From an uncultured Pseudomonadales bacterium (GTDB lineage: Bacteria > Pseudomonadota > Gammaproteobacteria > Pseudomonadales > UBA7434): a DNA stretch of 64,000 bases. Position numbers and translations under genes: made by a program. This document shows positions 1 to 9,089 of the stretch, piece by piece. Each line of letters starts with the position of its first letter. The stretch's first letter is position 1. Below the pieces are notes generated by a model, which ran no database searches, was not told the DNA's origin, and was given only the letters and a program-made list of their open reading frames with translations. The stretch is taken from assembly GCA_943787705.1 (NCBI GenBank), contig CALSNL010000001.1, positions 511,380 through 575,379 of the forward strand, given 5' to 3'.

Positions 1-2
1 GA

Positions 3-1130
3 AATAAAAGACCACGCAGCGCGGCAGATTTAATAGGCAAAGATATTATTGTTGTTGGAGATAGCGCGCACTCTGCCATTCTTGAAAATATGCGCAATAT
101 TCATCCGGGAATACAATGGCGAGAACTTAATAATGTTGACTATATTGATGTGTTAGGTCGAATAGAGAATAGCGAAGTAGATTACACCATTTTAGATTCT
201 ACCGATCTTCTACTGCATCAAGGTTTTTTTCCAAGAGTAAAAAAATCCTTAAAAATTGGCGGCGAATCATCATTCGCTTGGGCGCTGCCAAAAGCCTCAG
301 AGGGATCATATTTACATCGTGCTGCGAATCAGTTTATTCAGCAAATAAAAGCTGATGGCACCTTGGCTAGACTCGAGGAGCAATACTATGGACAGGCTGC
401 ACATATTAATCAGGTGGCCGCCAACGAGTTTGATAAAAATATCGATCAGCAACTGCCACTTTACCTCGACAATATTAAAGCGGCCGCTAATTTATATGAT
501 ATGGACTGGCGGTTATTAGCGGCGATTAGCTATCAAGAGTCGGCGTGGAATCCACTAGCTAGGTCTAGAACCGGTGTGCGAGGCATGATGATGCTAACGT
601 TACCGACAGCAAAAGAAGTGGGCGTGACAAACAGATTAGACCCCGATCAAAGCTTACGTGGAGGCGCTTTTTATCTTAACAATCTAAAGAGCCGCTTGCC
701 GAAAAAAATCCTTGAACCCAATCGCACTTGGTTTGCGTTGGCCGCCTACAACGTCGGCTTTGGCCATTTAGAAGATGCGCGTGTTATTACGCAAAAGCGC
801 GGCGGCGATCCCAATAGTTGGTATGACGTTAAACAAAGCCTACCCCTGCTTACACAAAAAAAATGGTATTCAAAAACCCGTTACGGTTATGCGCGTGGCT
901 ATGAACCAGTTCAATATGTACAGCATATTCGGCACTACCAAAACGTACTTGAATGGCATGATGTTGCCCGTAACTGGCAGCGTAATGACGATTCAATTAA
1001 CCGATTCGACACCGCTCCTTTTGATAAAACACGAGATGATAAATCACAAGATCTTGCTGGAGTGGATGCTGATGTAAATAATATTTCAAATGACGATAAT
1101 GACGCTACAAACACCGCACCTCGTCTTTAA
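3..1130 (+). CDS. mltF: Membrane-bound lytic murein transglycosylase F (5'-partial)
   Basis: Frame is open from position 3. SBP-like region followed by an SLT domain with LAAISYQES, GMMMLT, ALAAYNVGFGH and YGYARGYEPVQYV motifs. Confidence 0.93.
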   Translation, partial: NKRPRSAADLIGKDIIVVGDSAHSAILENMRNIHPGIQWRELNNVDYIDVLGRIENSEVDYTILDSTDLLLHQGFFPRVKKSLKIGGESSFAWALPKASEGSYLHRAANQFIQQIKADGTLARLEEQYYGQAAHINQVAANEFDKNIDQQLPLYLDNIKAAANLYDMDWRLLAAISYQESAWNPLARSRTGVRGMMMLTLPTAKEVGVTNRLDPDQSLRGGAFYLNNLKSRLPKKILEPNRTWFALAAYNVGFGHLEDARVITQKRGGDPNSWYDVKQSLPLLTQKKWYSKTRYGYARGYEPVQYVQHIRHYQNVLEWHDVARNWQRNDDSINRFDTAPFDKTRDDKSQDLAGVDADVNNISNDDNDATNTAPRL

Positions 1131-1133
1131 TCA

Positions 1134-1280
1134 TATAGCTTAGTCTTTCAAAGCGGTCTCTTAGTCTTTTAAAAAATTCTCTTAGCTTTTCAAAAAATTC
1201 TCCTAGCCTTTCAAAAAACCTCCTAGCCTTTCAAAAATTTTGCTAGTCTTTCAAAAATTTTAATAGTCTTTCAAAAAAGC
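1134..1280. repeat. Degenerate ~20-21 bp tandem repeat, about 7 copies (TAGYCTTTCAAAAAW...)
   Basis: Units such as ctagcctttcaaaaaacctc, ctagcctttcaaaaattttg and ctagtctttcaaaaatttta lie back to back between the convergent mltF and tadA stops. Confidence 0.85.
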
Positions 1281-1282
1281 CA

Positions 1283-1841
1283 CTAAGCCCTTCTACGTTT
1301 AAAAAACTGCTTAAGCTTATCGCTAGACTCCTGCGCCAGCATACCACCGCGCCACTCAATACGATGGTTAAAAAAGGTTTGATCAAGAAGCGCTAATTGC
1401 GATTCAACAGCGCCCGCCCGTGGCTCGCTAGCAGCAAACACTAATCGCTTAATACGCGCATGAACCATGGCCCCTAAGCACATAGTACACGGCTCTAAAG
1501 TGACATAAAGCGTGCATTCAGGTAAACGATAATTGCCTAACACTTTACCTGCAGCTCTTAAGGCATTAATTTCTGCATGTGCACTCGCATCATGATCAGC
1601 AATGGGACGATTGTAGCCGCTTGCTATCACTTGCCCTTCAAAAACGACCACTGCACCAACGGGAACTTCATCATGCTCTGCCGCAGTATCTGCTAGTAAT
1701 AAAGCTTGCGTCATAAAATTTCTATCGATGAGGTCTAGATCATCGATAACGTGCAAGATCATTGATAACGTCAAAATCAGTGCCATCATTATTCGCGTCC
1801 AATTGATCTTTAGCTGAATCACTCGAACACTTATTGGTCAT
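1283..1841 (-). CDS. tadA: tRNA-specific adenosine-34 deaminase; probable +1 indel near 1753 in the N-terminal extension (ORF track 1283..1822, core from ATG 1714)
   Basis: EVPVGAVVV, HAEINALR and TLEPCTMC zinc-deaminase motifs. An ATG overlapping the pdxB stop at 1841 is one base out of frame with the core. Confidence 0.93.
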
Positions 1842-2913
1842 AATTAATTTCTCTACGTGCAGGATAGGATTTACGATAGGCATCAAAAACCTGAGCGCTA
1901 TCAGTACACCCCTTCATCTGCCGCTTAAAAATAACGGTTTCATTATTTGCGTTATAGATGGGTGATAATATCGTTCGATATTCATCGAGAGTTTTTATAT
2001 CGTTGAGCATAACGAGGTCTTTATTTTCGGCAACTGTCACAGCGGCTAAATTAAAGTAATTAATTGCTGCAGAAACAATGGCGCTTGTGCCTCGAAGTTT
2101 TCCATCGAGGCTGTAGCCAGCAATATGTGGAGTAGCGGTATCACACAGTGCATAAAGCTCTAGATCAATAGACGGCTCACCCTCCCAAACATCTAAAGCT
2201 ACGGTTAAATCATTACGCTGTAATAGCAATGATTTAAGAGCGGCATTATCAACCACCGGCCCACGGCTACTATTTATGAATAATCCGTTTTCTACTAAGC
2301 GTGATAATCGATGAGTATCAAACAAATGAAATGTTGGATGACTGTCGCCTGACGTTAGGGGCACATGCAGACTAATAATTTCGCTGCCCATTAGCTCATC
2401 AAGTGTTTCGACAAAATCATCAGCAGAAGCATCAGTGATGGGTTTAATCTTTTTTGAAGGAGTAAAAAGAGGATCATAAATAATATGAGGTATAGAAAAA
2501 TGCCGTAAGCATCTCGCTAATCGACCACCTACATTACCATGACCAATAACCGCCACCATTAGATTTTCTAATTGCGTATTATCATACTGATCTAAAATCA
2601 CCGACATAACATAGTCAACAACACCGTTAGCATTACTGCCAGGCGCATGAGCAAAGCCAATATCGCGACTAGCCAGATACTCAGTATCAATGTGATCAAC
2701 GCCAATGGTGGCGCTACCAACAAATTTAACATTACTGTTAGCTAGTAGCTCTGCATTTACTTTAGTGACGGAACGCACCAGCAGTACATCAACCGACGCT
2801 AAATCAGAGGCACTAATATCACGCCCTGACATTGTCGTTATGTTCGCCCAGTCAGCACATAAGGCCTGCAGGTTTGGAATGTTTTCATCCGCGAGGAGAG
2901 AAAGTTTTTTCAT
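1831..2913 (-). CDS. pdxB: Erythronate-4-phosphate dehydrogenase
   Basis: LADENIP, VRSVTKV, FVGSATIGVDH, GHGNVG, LDVWEGEP and TPHIAGYS motifs. Confidence 0.93.
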   Translation of the reverse strand: MKKLSLLADENIPNLQALCADWANITTMSGRDISASDLASVDVLLVRSVTKVNAELLANSNVKFVGSATIGVDHIDTEYLASRDIGFAHAPGSNANGVVDYVMSVILDQYDNTQLENLMVAVIGHGNVGGRLARCLRHFSIPHIIYDPLFTPSKKIKPITDASADDFVETLDELMGSEIISLHVPLTSGDSHPTFHLFDTHRLSRLVENGLFINSSRGPVVDNAALKSLLLQRNDLTVALDVWEGEPSIDLELYALCDTATPHIAGYSLDGKLRGTSAIVSAAINYFNLAAVTVAENKDLVMLNDIKTLDEYRTILSPIYNANNETVIFKRQMKGCTDSAQVFDAYRKSYPARREINYDQ

Positions 2914-2976
2914 ATTATCGTTTATCTGTTCCGATTATCTGTTCTCGTTATCATATTCTAATTATCAATAGATACA

Positions 2977-3534
2977 TTATTCTTTAAAGTAAGCGCCAAG
3001 ATCGACCATGACAACACCGTTAAAATGCGCACATAAGGCATCATAAAAAAGTGCAGCGCGTTTAGGCAAACCATTTTTAACATAGCATTTTGCCTGATGA
3101 ACTACCGCCTTTGAAAAGCTATCTAACGCCAGTGCTGAGCCATTGAGATTGTCCGCACTCACCTGAAAGGGATAATTAGCCGCCAATGAAAACAATAACT
3201 CTAAGGCCTGAGGCTTTACTTCGACAGACTCAAAAGCCGCTTGCTCAATGGCGTCTCTTCCATCATCAACATACCAGTAACCAAAATCCATTTGTTGACG
3301 TCGCGCATTACCCGCAATACACCAGTGGGAAACCTCATGGAGCGCACTGGCAAAAAAGTCTTCGCGGTAATAAATATAACTCTTCTCGCAATCATTAACC
3401 GCCGGCTTATAAAGGGGTTCATTAGCCCCGCCGATTAAACAGGTACCATAATCAGTATCAAACAGCTGAGTGAATAAGGCCTCAACGATATGAGCTTGGT
3501 GGTCAGGATGGCTCTTTAATGGCTGAATCAACAC
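2977..3534 (-). CDS. epmC: Elongation factor P hydroxylase (YfcM)
   Basis: GGANEPLY, FASALHEVSHWCIAG, DFGYWY, FESVEVKPQALE and VSADNL motifs. Confidence 0.9.
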   Translation of the reverse strand: MLIQPLKSHPDHQAHIVEALFTQLFDTDYGTCLIGGANEPLYKPAVNDCEKSYIYYREDFFASALHEVSHWCIAGNARRQQMDFGYWYVDDGRDAIEQAAFESVEVKPQALELLFSLAANYPFQVSADNLNGSALALDSFSKAVVHQAKCYVKNGLPKRAALFYDALCAHFNGVVMVDLGAYFKE

Positions 3535-3639
3535 CAGCCAAACCTAGAAATATATTTTTTTACTAACAAAATCATACAGTTACACTTTTTCAAAAAAATA
3601 CAAAGCAAAATGAGTAAAAAACAGTCTAAATGACTATAC

Positions 3640-3682
3640 TTTAAGAGCGCTTAAAGAAAACTTAAAGAGAGCTTAAAGAGCA
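3640..3682. repeat. 11-bp degenerate tandem repeat (CTTAAAGAGNN), 4 copies
   Basis: ctttaagagcg cttaaagaaaa cttaaagagag cttaaagagca in the divergent intergenic region. Confidence 0.6.
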
Positions 3683-3908
3683 CGTCAATAATATTTTCAA
3701 ATTTTACATCAGAAGCAACATTCAGTTAAGTCATCAACACTCTCAAGCACTTAGGCATAACAGTTAATCGGCTCAAACTAGCCAGCAAATGCACTAAAAA
3801 GCAACGCTGTAAAGATACAGAAAAACAGACGATGTCGCGATAGTCCTGGAATTAATAGCGTGATTCTTTTTTTAAAAGATAGCGCTACGGAAATTAGGAG
3901 CTTGTCTA

Positions 3909-4697
3909 ATGAAATCTGATTCTACTTACTCAACCAGCAACCATAATGTGATTAACCTATTTACAGGTCAATCAATGGATGCGCGTGCCCAGCATTCAAT
4001 TATTCAAATATGCCCTGAAACCTCAGGGATTAAAATGATTTATGCCAATCATCATCAACCGGATCGATTAATTTCAGTACCTATTCTCTGTTGGGGCCTC
4101 AGGTCCGATGGAAAAACGGTCGGTATAGTCCCTTGGGTGGGCGAAATTACAGACTGCACGCGTATTGATGAGGATTTTGATATCCGATGGGAGGGTTACT
4201 ATTTACAAAGCACGGGCAGTATTTTTTCTGAGCCCCCAGAAGCAATTATTGCTCAACTAGCCACAGCCATGCGCTTTTCAAATACTGAAAATGCTGTTAT
4301 TCATCAATCGACGCTTTGCTCTAATACTGATGCCCCTGAGAAAACGGTTATTCAAGAAATTCCAGATTTAATCGGCACACATGCATTGGTACTTAATATA
4401 GAGGCCAGTAGTGGTTATAGCTGTAGCCACCATAGTAAAAAAGATTTTAAAGTGCATCGCACATTAGTCCTAACGCCAGTGGTAAGTTGGGCTTTAGATT
4501 TAGAGGGGCAAATGCATGGCATGTTAGTTGATGAAAAAGCCGTAGAGAAAACTCCCGTTGTCCCTGGCGATGACTGCCTTTATTATGCATTGAGCAATCC
4601 TAATTTTTTCTGCTATTTCCAGCGCGATATTGCCGATCAAATTCGACTGCGCAACCCGGAAACGATTGCTGCAATAGAAAAATTACTAAGTAAATGA
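3909..4697 (+). CDS. Hypothetical protein with two internally homologous halves
   Basis: 262-aa ORF with AGGAG RBS. Duplicated motif IIQICP..VPILCWGL..G.TVG versus VIQEIP..TPVVSWAL..G.MHG. Confidence 0.75.
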   Translation: MKSDSTYSTSNHNVINLFTGQSMDARAQHSIIQICPETSGIKMIYANHHQPDRLISVPILCWGLRSDGKTVGIVPWVGEITDCTRIDEDFDIRWEGYYLQSTGSIFSEPPEAIIAQLATAMRFSNTENAVIHQSTLCSNTDAPEKTVIQEIPDLIGTHALVLNIEASSGYSCSHHSKKDFKVHRTLVLTPVVSWALDLEGQMHGMLVDEKAVEKTPVVPGDDCLYYALSNPNFFCYFQRDIADQIRLRNPETIAAIEKLLSK

Positions 4698-4782
4698 ATA
4701 GGGAATAATAGAGAAATAAATAGGAAATAATAGAGAAATATGTGCCAAGAGGATTTATACAAATAGCAATAATGCGTTTTGT

Positions 4783-5040
4783 TTATTTCTTCTTAATCCA
4801 ATATTCATAGTCATCGCCCTCTTTCTGCCAATGCAGTAAGGGGTGGTTAAGAAAATCACAGAAACGAAGAATATCTCTTTCTGTTGAGGGATCTGTTGCG
4901 CACACTTTAATAATATCGCCACTGGCCATGGCGCGTATGCGGTTATGTAATAGCATAACAGGTTCAGGACAAATCAAGCCGCTGGCATCCAGAAATTGAT
5001 AGTCATCCTCATTCAGCTTGCTAGAATCAAACTCATCCAT
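4783..5040 (-). CDS. tusA: Sulfur carrier protein TusA
   Basis: LDASGLICPEPVM (CPxP) and ATDPSTERDI..FCDFL motifs. Confidence 0.92.
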   Translation of the reverse strand: MDEFDSSKLNEDDYQFLDASGLICPEPVMLLHNRIRAMASGDIIKVCATDPSTERDILRFCDFLNHPLLHWQKEGDDYEYWIKKK

Positions 5041-5359
5041 CAGAGCTATTAACCTCGTCCTTGTTCACTGACAGCGGTATTTTTGATATTGGATTATTTA
5101 ATACCCGCGCCTCAACTATCTGGCAGCGCTCATGAACCTCATCAAAAACAATAATAACTTTTCCAGATTTTAAAAGTGCTCGTGCTTTATCAAGCTGCGA
5201 TTCAACTCCCCGCTCGATCATGCCGTAGTCTGTGCCTTCACGGGTAATATACTCCTCCAGCACGCCTGTTAAAGCGGTCTCTGACAGTTGCTCATAAGGA
5301 ATCTGTATGGGGTCAGTAACCGCGTCATCTGAAGAGTCAGGATTAAATGAATTGGACAT
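5033..5359 (-). CDS. YheU (UPF0270) family protein
   Basis: IPYEQLSETAL..LEEYITREGTDYG and LKSGKVIIVFD motifs. Confidence 0.85.
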   Translation of the reverse strand: MSNSFNPDSSDDAVTDPIQIPYEQLSETALTGVLEEYITREGTDYGMIERGVESQLDKARALLKSGKVIIVFDEVHERCQIVEARVLNNPISKIPLSVNKDEVNSSDG

Positions 5360-5603
5360 ATTTTTTCATCATTTGAATTATTGAACAAAGGTTTGGCTGC
5401 AAATTTACACTGCATTTAATCCTAACACTTAAGGATAAAAAACGTAATCGCTTTGCAGCGTCAATTGATACTATTGTCTTTTTTAATGATACGAAGTATT
5501 CAATCCAATTAGTAGTCTAAACATCACTCTCTATTTGCAAAACAGGTCTATAATCAATGTATACGACAATACACTCAACAAGATAAGAAGGCAGACTTAG
5601 CTC

Positions 5604-6149
5604 ATGAAAAATACCGTTATCTGTAGCTTTATTGGCGATGATAAAACCGGAATAGTTGAATTGTTAGCCAAAACCATTAGCGATTGCTCTGGCAACTGGC
5701 TAGAAAGCAGCATGTCAAAACTCGCTGGCCATTTTGCAGGCATAGTCCGTATCGATATAGATGAGGACAAAGTAGAGACACTTCGCTCTGCTCTGGATAA
5801 TCTAGCCAAAAGTGGCCTGTCTATTCAGCTCGCTCAGCCCGACAAGGTAACGGACGCTGAGGCTGGAGCGATTAGCTCGGCTAAGCATGACATACAGCTT
5901 AATATTGTAGGGAATGACAGACCCGGTATTGTCTATGAGGTCAGTCAGGCTTTGGTTGCTGCTAAGATTAACGTAGTGAATATGCAAACACATTTAAGCA
6001 GCGCGCCGATGAGTGGTGATAGCCTATTTCACTCAACAATGTCATTGACCCATGACAACGAACAAGATCTTGATGCGCTAGACTTACAGCTTGAAAAAAT
6101 TGCTGAACGCCTATCTATTGAAATCGATTTAGAGGTGCAGGAGCCTTAA
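5604..6149 (+). CDS. GcvR-like tandem ACT-domain protein
   Basis: Two ACT repeats: IGDDKTGIV..GNWLESSM and VGNDRPGIV..INV. Confidence 0.85.
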   Translation: MKNTVICSFIGDDKTGIVELLAKTISDCSGNWLESSMSKLAGHFAGIVRIDIDEDKVETLRSALDNLAKSGLSIQLAQPDKVTDAEAGAISSAKHDIQLNIVGNDRPGIVYEVSQALVAAKINVVNMQTHLSSAPMSGDSLFHSTMSLTHDNEQDLDALDLQLEKIAERLSIEIDLEVQEP

Positions 6150-6162
6150 TTTTTTATGTGTA

Positions 6163-6399
6163 TTAAGGCTTCTTTGTTTTGAATTTTCGTCTAAGCCACA
6201 AAAAACTAAAGCTAGCAATAAACCCTGCTACGGCCAAAAAAAATACAATGAATACTGACACGCTCAGTAGAATAAATACTTCCCTAGCAGGAATGCCAAC
6301 AATCACTATTAAGCCATAAATAATCGCTAATAAAGCCCCTACGCCCAATGCCAGCGTTTTAATCCGCCGGCTTTTTTTTGTTTTAAAAATACGCTTCAC
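6163..6399 (-). CDS. Small two-helix membrane protein of unknown function
   Basis: GAGG RBS upstream of a GTG start; basic ends flanking two hydrophobic stretches. Confidence 0.6.
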   Translation of the reverse strand: MKRIFKTKKSRRIKTLALGVGALLAIIYGLIVIVGIPAREVFILLSVSVFIVFFLAVAGFIASFSFLWLRRKFKTKKP

Positions 6400-6451
6400 A
6401 ATATCACCTCAAATCTTTTTCATATATTTTTGAAAACTCAACGTACAGATA

Positions 6452-7318
6452 TTAGCCTCCAAAGAATTCAGATGCTATAGCCGCTAAGCTAGAGCTATGC
6501 TTATGTTCCATATGCATATGATGACCACCATCATGAAACTCCATCTTAATATGAGCGTACTCCTTAAGCAGAGCGTCGGCACCTGCAGATTTAAATAAGC
6601 CATTGTTCGCTAAAATAATTAAGCAAGGAATTTTCAGTGCCGATAAAAAAGCCTGCTGATGCTCTTTACTAAATTTAAAAGCCGAACCACCAACAGCTCT
6701 TGGATCGTGCCGCCATACATAGCCACCATACTTGGCGGGCTTTACTGAGCGCTCTGCGAGACACAGGCACTCACTTGCCGTTAAATCAATCTTAGCAATC
6801 CGTCTCTCTACAACCTCTTCAATAGACGACATGACTCTTGAGGGGCGCTGGTAATTACTTCTCTGCTGTTGGAGATAACGGGATAGATTTTTCGGCGTGT
6901 TAGCTTCTTCGGATGGCGGCAACAAAGCACCATCAAGCATTAATAATTTTTCGACGCGATCAGGCATTGTTGCTGCCAATAACATGCCGACAAAGGCGCC
7001 TCGAGAATGGCTTAATATTTTGAAATTATCCCATGCTAACAAATCGGCTATGGCGAGAATATCGAGCAAATCATCCCATATATTATAGGCGCCATGTTGA
7101 CTACGATGATCACTTTCACCATTGCCAGCGAAATCTAAAGCGATAATATGACTGTCAGTGATTAATGGCGCAATGGATTCAAAACTCGCGCTATTATCTA
7201 ACCATCCATGTAATGCAATAACACGATGTTTATTACCCATGCCCCATTCTTGAGCAGCAATACTCATACCGTTGACAAAAAACTTACGCTCTAACGGCGC
7301 AGACTGTGTGCTTGGCAT
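6452..7318 (-). CDS. Alpha/beta-fold hydrolase
   Basis: ALHGWLDNSASF, nucleophile elbow SHSRG and C-terminal GGHHMHM. Confidence 0.88.
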   Translation of the reverse strand: MPSTQSAPLERKFFVNGMSIAAQEWGMGNKHRVIALHGWLDNSASFESIAPLITDSHIIALDFAGNGESDHRSQHGAYNIWDDLLDILAIADLLAWDNFKILSHSRGAFVGMLLAATMPDRVEKLLMLDGALLPPSEEANTPKNLSRYLQQQRSNYQRPSRVMSSIEEVVERRIAKIDLTASECLCLAERSVKPAKYGGYVWRHDPRAVGGSAFKFSKEHQQAFLSALKIPCLIILANNGLFKSAGADALLKEYAHIKMEFHDGGHHMHMEHKHSSSLAAIASEFFGG

Positions 7319-7338
7319 TCAATAACCTTAAATTATAA

Positions 7339-7851
7339 TTAACGAGAGGAATGGTGTGTTAGTGAAAGTAATTCTGCACATCCTTGGCCGGTTACTTCCG
7401 CTGACAGCATCGCCAATGAAGATGGATAAAACGGATAATTATTTGCACCGCCCAATTTAAAACTATCGACGCCTTGTACTAACCAGTCGACTAGGCAAGA
7501 CACTAAGGGTTGATGGCTAATCAATAATATGCGCTCGTAAGGCAAGGTATCAAGCCACTGGCAAACTGTCAGAGGCGTGTTATCTCCAAGTAAAGCATTA
7601 TTGGCCGAAAGATCTATGGGGCGACTATCGAAAGCGGCCAACGCTTCAGCAACCGTGTCTGCCGTCTGCTGCGTGCGAACAAATGGGCTATAGAAAATTG
7701 CCTCTATCCCCCCTATTGTTAAAAACTGATCATATAAGGTTTTTGCGGCTGCATAACTGCCTTGAATGCCTATATCTGTGAGCTTACGGCCGGCATCATA
7801 GTCGGCACCCAATTCGGCCTCGCCATGACGCAGTATCGCTATGGTCTTCAT
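7339..7851 (-). CDS. sixA: Phosphohistidine phosphatase SixA
   Basis: LRHGEA, SPFVRTQQTA and LISHQP motifs; adjacent to gpsA as in Pseudomonas-like genomes. Confidence 0.85.
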   Translation of the reverse strand: MKTIAILRHGEAELGADYDAGRKLTDIGIQGSYAAAKTLYDQFLTIGGIEAIFYSPFVRTQQTADTVAEALAAFDSRPIDLSANNALLGDNTPLTVCQWLDTLPYERILLISHQPLVSCLVDWLVQGVDSFKLGGANNYPFYPSSLAMLSAEVTGQGCAELLSLTHHSSR

Positions 7852-7902
7852 AGCGATAAATGCTTTAACAGAGTATTTATTATTGTCACAAGCATAACTA
7901 AG

Positions 7903-8925
7903 CTAATCATCAGCCAATAAGAATTCGACATCTTCACTTTGCTCACCGAGCATAAGCTGACTAACCGTGTCTTCAACGCTTACATTATTAAAAAGAATTT
8001 CATATAAACCCGAAGCCAGCGGCATATACACTCCGTTGTCATCGGCCTTTAATTTAACTAATTTAAGCGTATTCACACCTTCGGCAACCTGCCCCAACTC
8101 TTCAGTTGCTTGTTTAAGTGTTTTACCACTTCCAATAGCAAAGCCCACTTGATAATTACGTGACAGAGAAGAAGAGCAAGTGACGATTAAATCACCCACA
8201 CCAGCCAGACCAAGAAAAGTCATGGGGTTAGCTCCCATGCTTACAGCGAACCGACTCATTTCAGCTAGACTTCGAGTCATTAGCATGGCGCGCGTATTGT
8301 CGCCTAAATGCATGGCTGCGCCTAAGCCTGAGATAATGGCATAAATATTTTTTAAAGCGCCACTGAGTTCAACACCATAAAGATCACTACTACCGTAAAC
8401 TCTAAAATAACTACTGTGTAATGCATTTTGTACTTTTTCAATTAATGCCGTATTACTACTAGCAACAACGGTACCCGTTAAATGCCGGGCAGCTATTTCT
8501 TTAGCGAGGTTAGGACCACTTAACACGCCTAATGGATTCTCGGGTAGCGCCTCAGTTAACACCTCACTCATTAACTTAAAATTTTGATGCTCAATACCTT
8601 TAGTCGTACTAATAACCATAGTATCGCTACGAATGTATTTTGCCAGCTCAACACTCACTTCACGGCAAGAACCGCTAGGCACGGCAACAAAAATCATATC
8701 GGCACCAACAATCGCGGCTTCAATACTCGTTGTAGCATGAACATTGTCATTCAAAATGTAGTCAGGAAGGTAATAACTGTTTCTGTGCTCACGATTAATT
8801 TCTTCAGCACGCTCAGCATTGCGCAGCCAGAGCATGGCATGATGACCATTCTCTGCCACAAGATTGCACAGAGTAGTACCAAAACTACCACCACCAAGGA
8901 CAGCAATGCGATATGTATGTGTCAT
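7903..8925 (-). CDS. gpsA: NAD(P)H-dependent glycerol-3-phosphate dehydrogenase
   Basis: GGGSFGT, SGPNLAKE, ALKNIYAI and GLAGVGDLIVTCSSSLSRN motifs. Confidence 0.95.
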   Translation of the reverse strand: MTHTYRIAVLGGGSFGTTLCNLVAENGHHAMLWLRNAERAEEINREHRNSYYLPDYILNDNVHATTSIEAAIVGADMIFVAVPSGSCREVSVELAKYIRSDTMVISTTKGIEHQNFKLMSEVLTEALPENPLGVLSGPNLAKEIAARHLTGTVVASSNTALIEKVQNALHSSYFRVYGSSDLYGVELSGALKNIYAIISGLGAAMHLGDNTRAMLMTRSLAEMSRFAVSMGANPMTFLGLAGVGDLIVTCSSSLSRNYQVGFAIGSGKTLKQATEELGQVAEGVNTLKLVKLKADDNGVYMPLASGLYEILFNNVSVEDTVSQLMLGEQSEDVEFLLADD

Positions 8926-8971
8926 GAAACAGTTCCTGAATACGGTTAGCGTTATTAGTTTTTACGCATTT

Positions 8972-9001
8972 AAAAAAACGCCCATGGCAAAACCACAGGC
9001 G
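8972..9001 (-). terminator. Intrinsic terminator downstream of htpG
   Basis: Minus strand reads CGCCTGTGG-TTTTG-CCATGGGCG (two G.U pairs) followed by 7 T. Confidence 0.7.
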
Positions 9002-9089
9002 CATTTAGGATGTTAACTGTTTGACTGCCTACTTGCCAATAGCCACTAACAAACAGCGCAAATCAGCAGACACAGAAAACGCAGCAATA

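Noticed and set aside
1134..1280. CRISPR array
   Set aside because: Units are contiguous 20-21-mers with no unique 30-40 bp spacers, and no cas genes are present.
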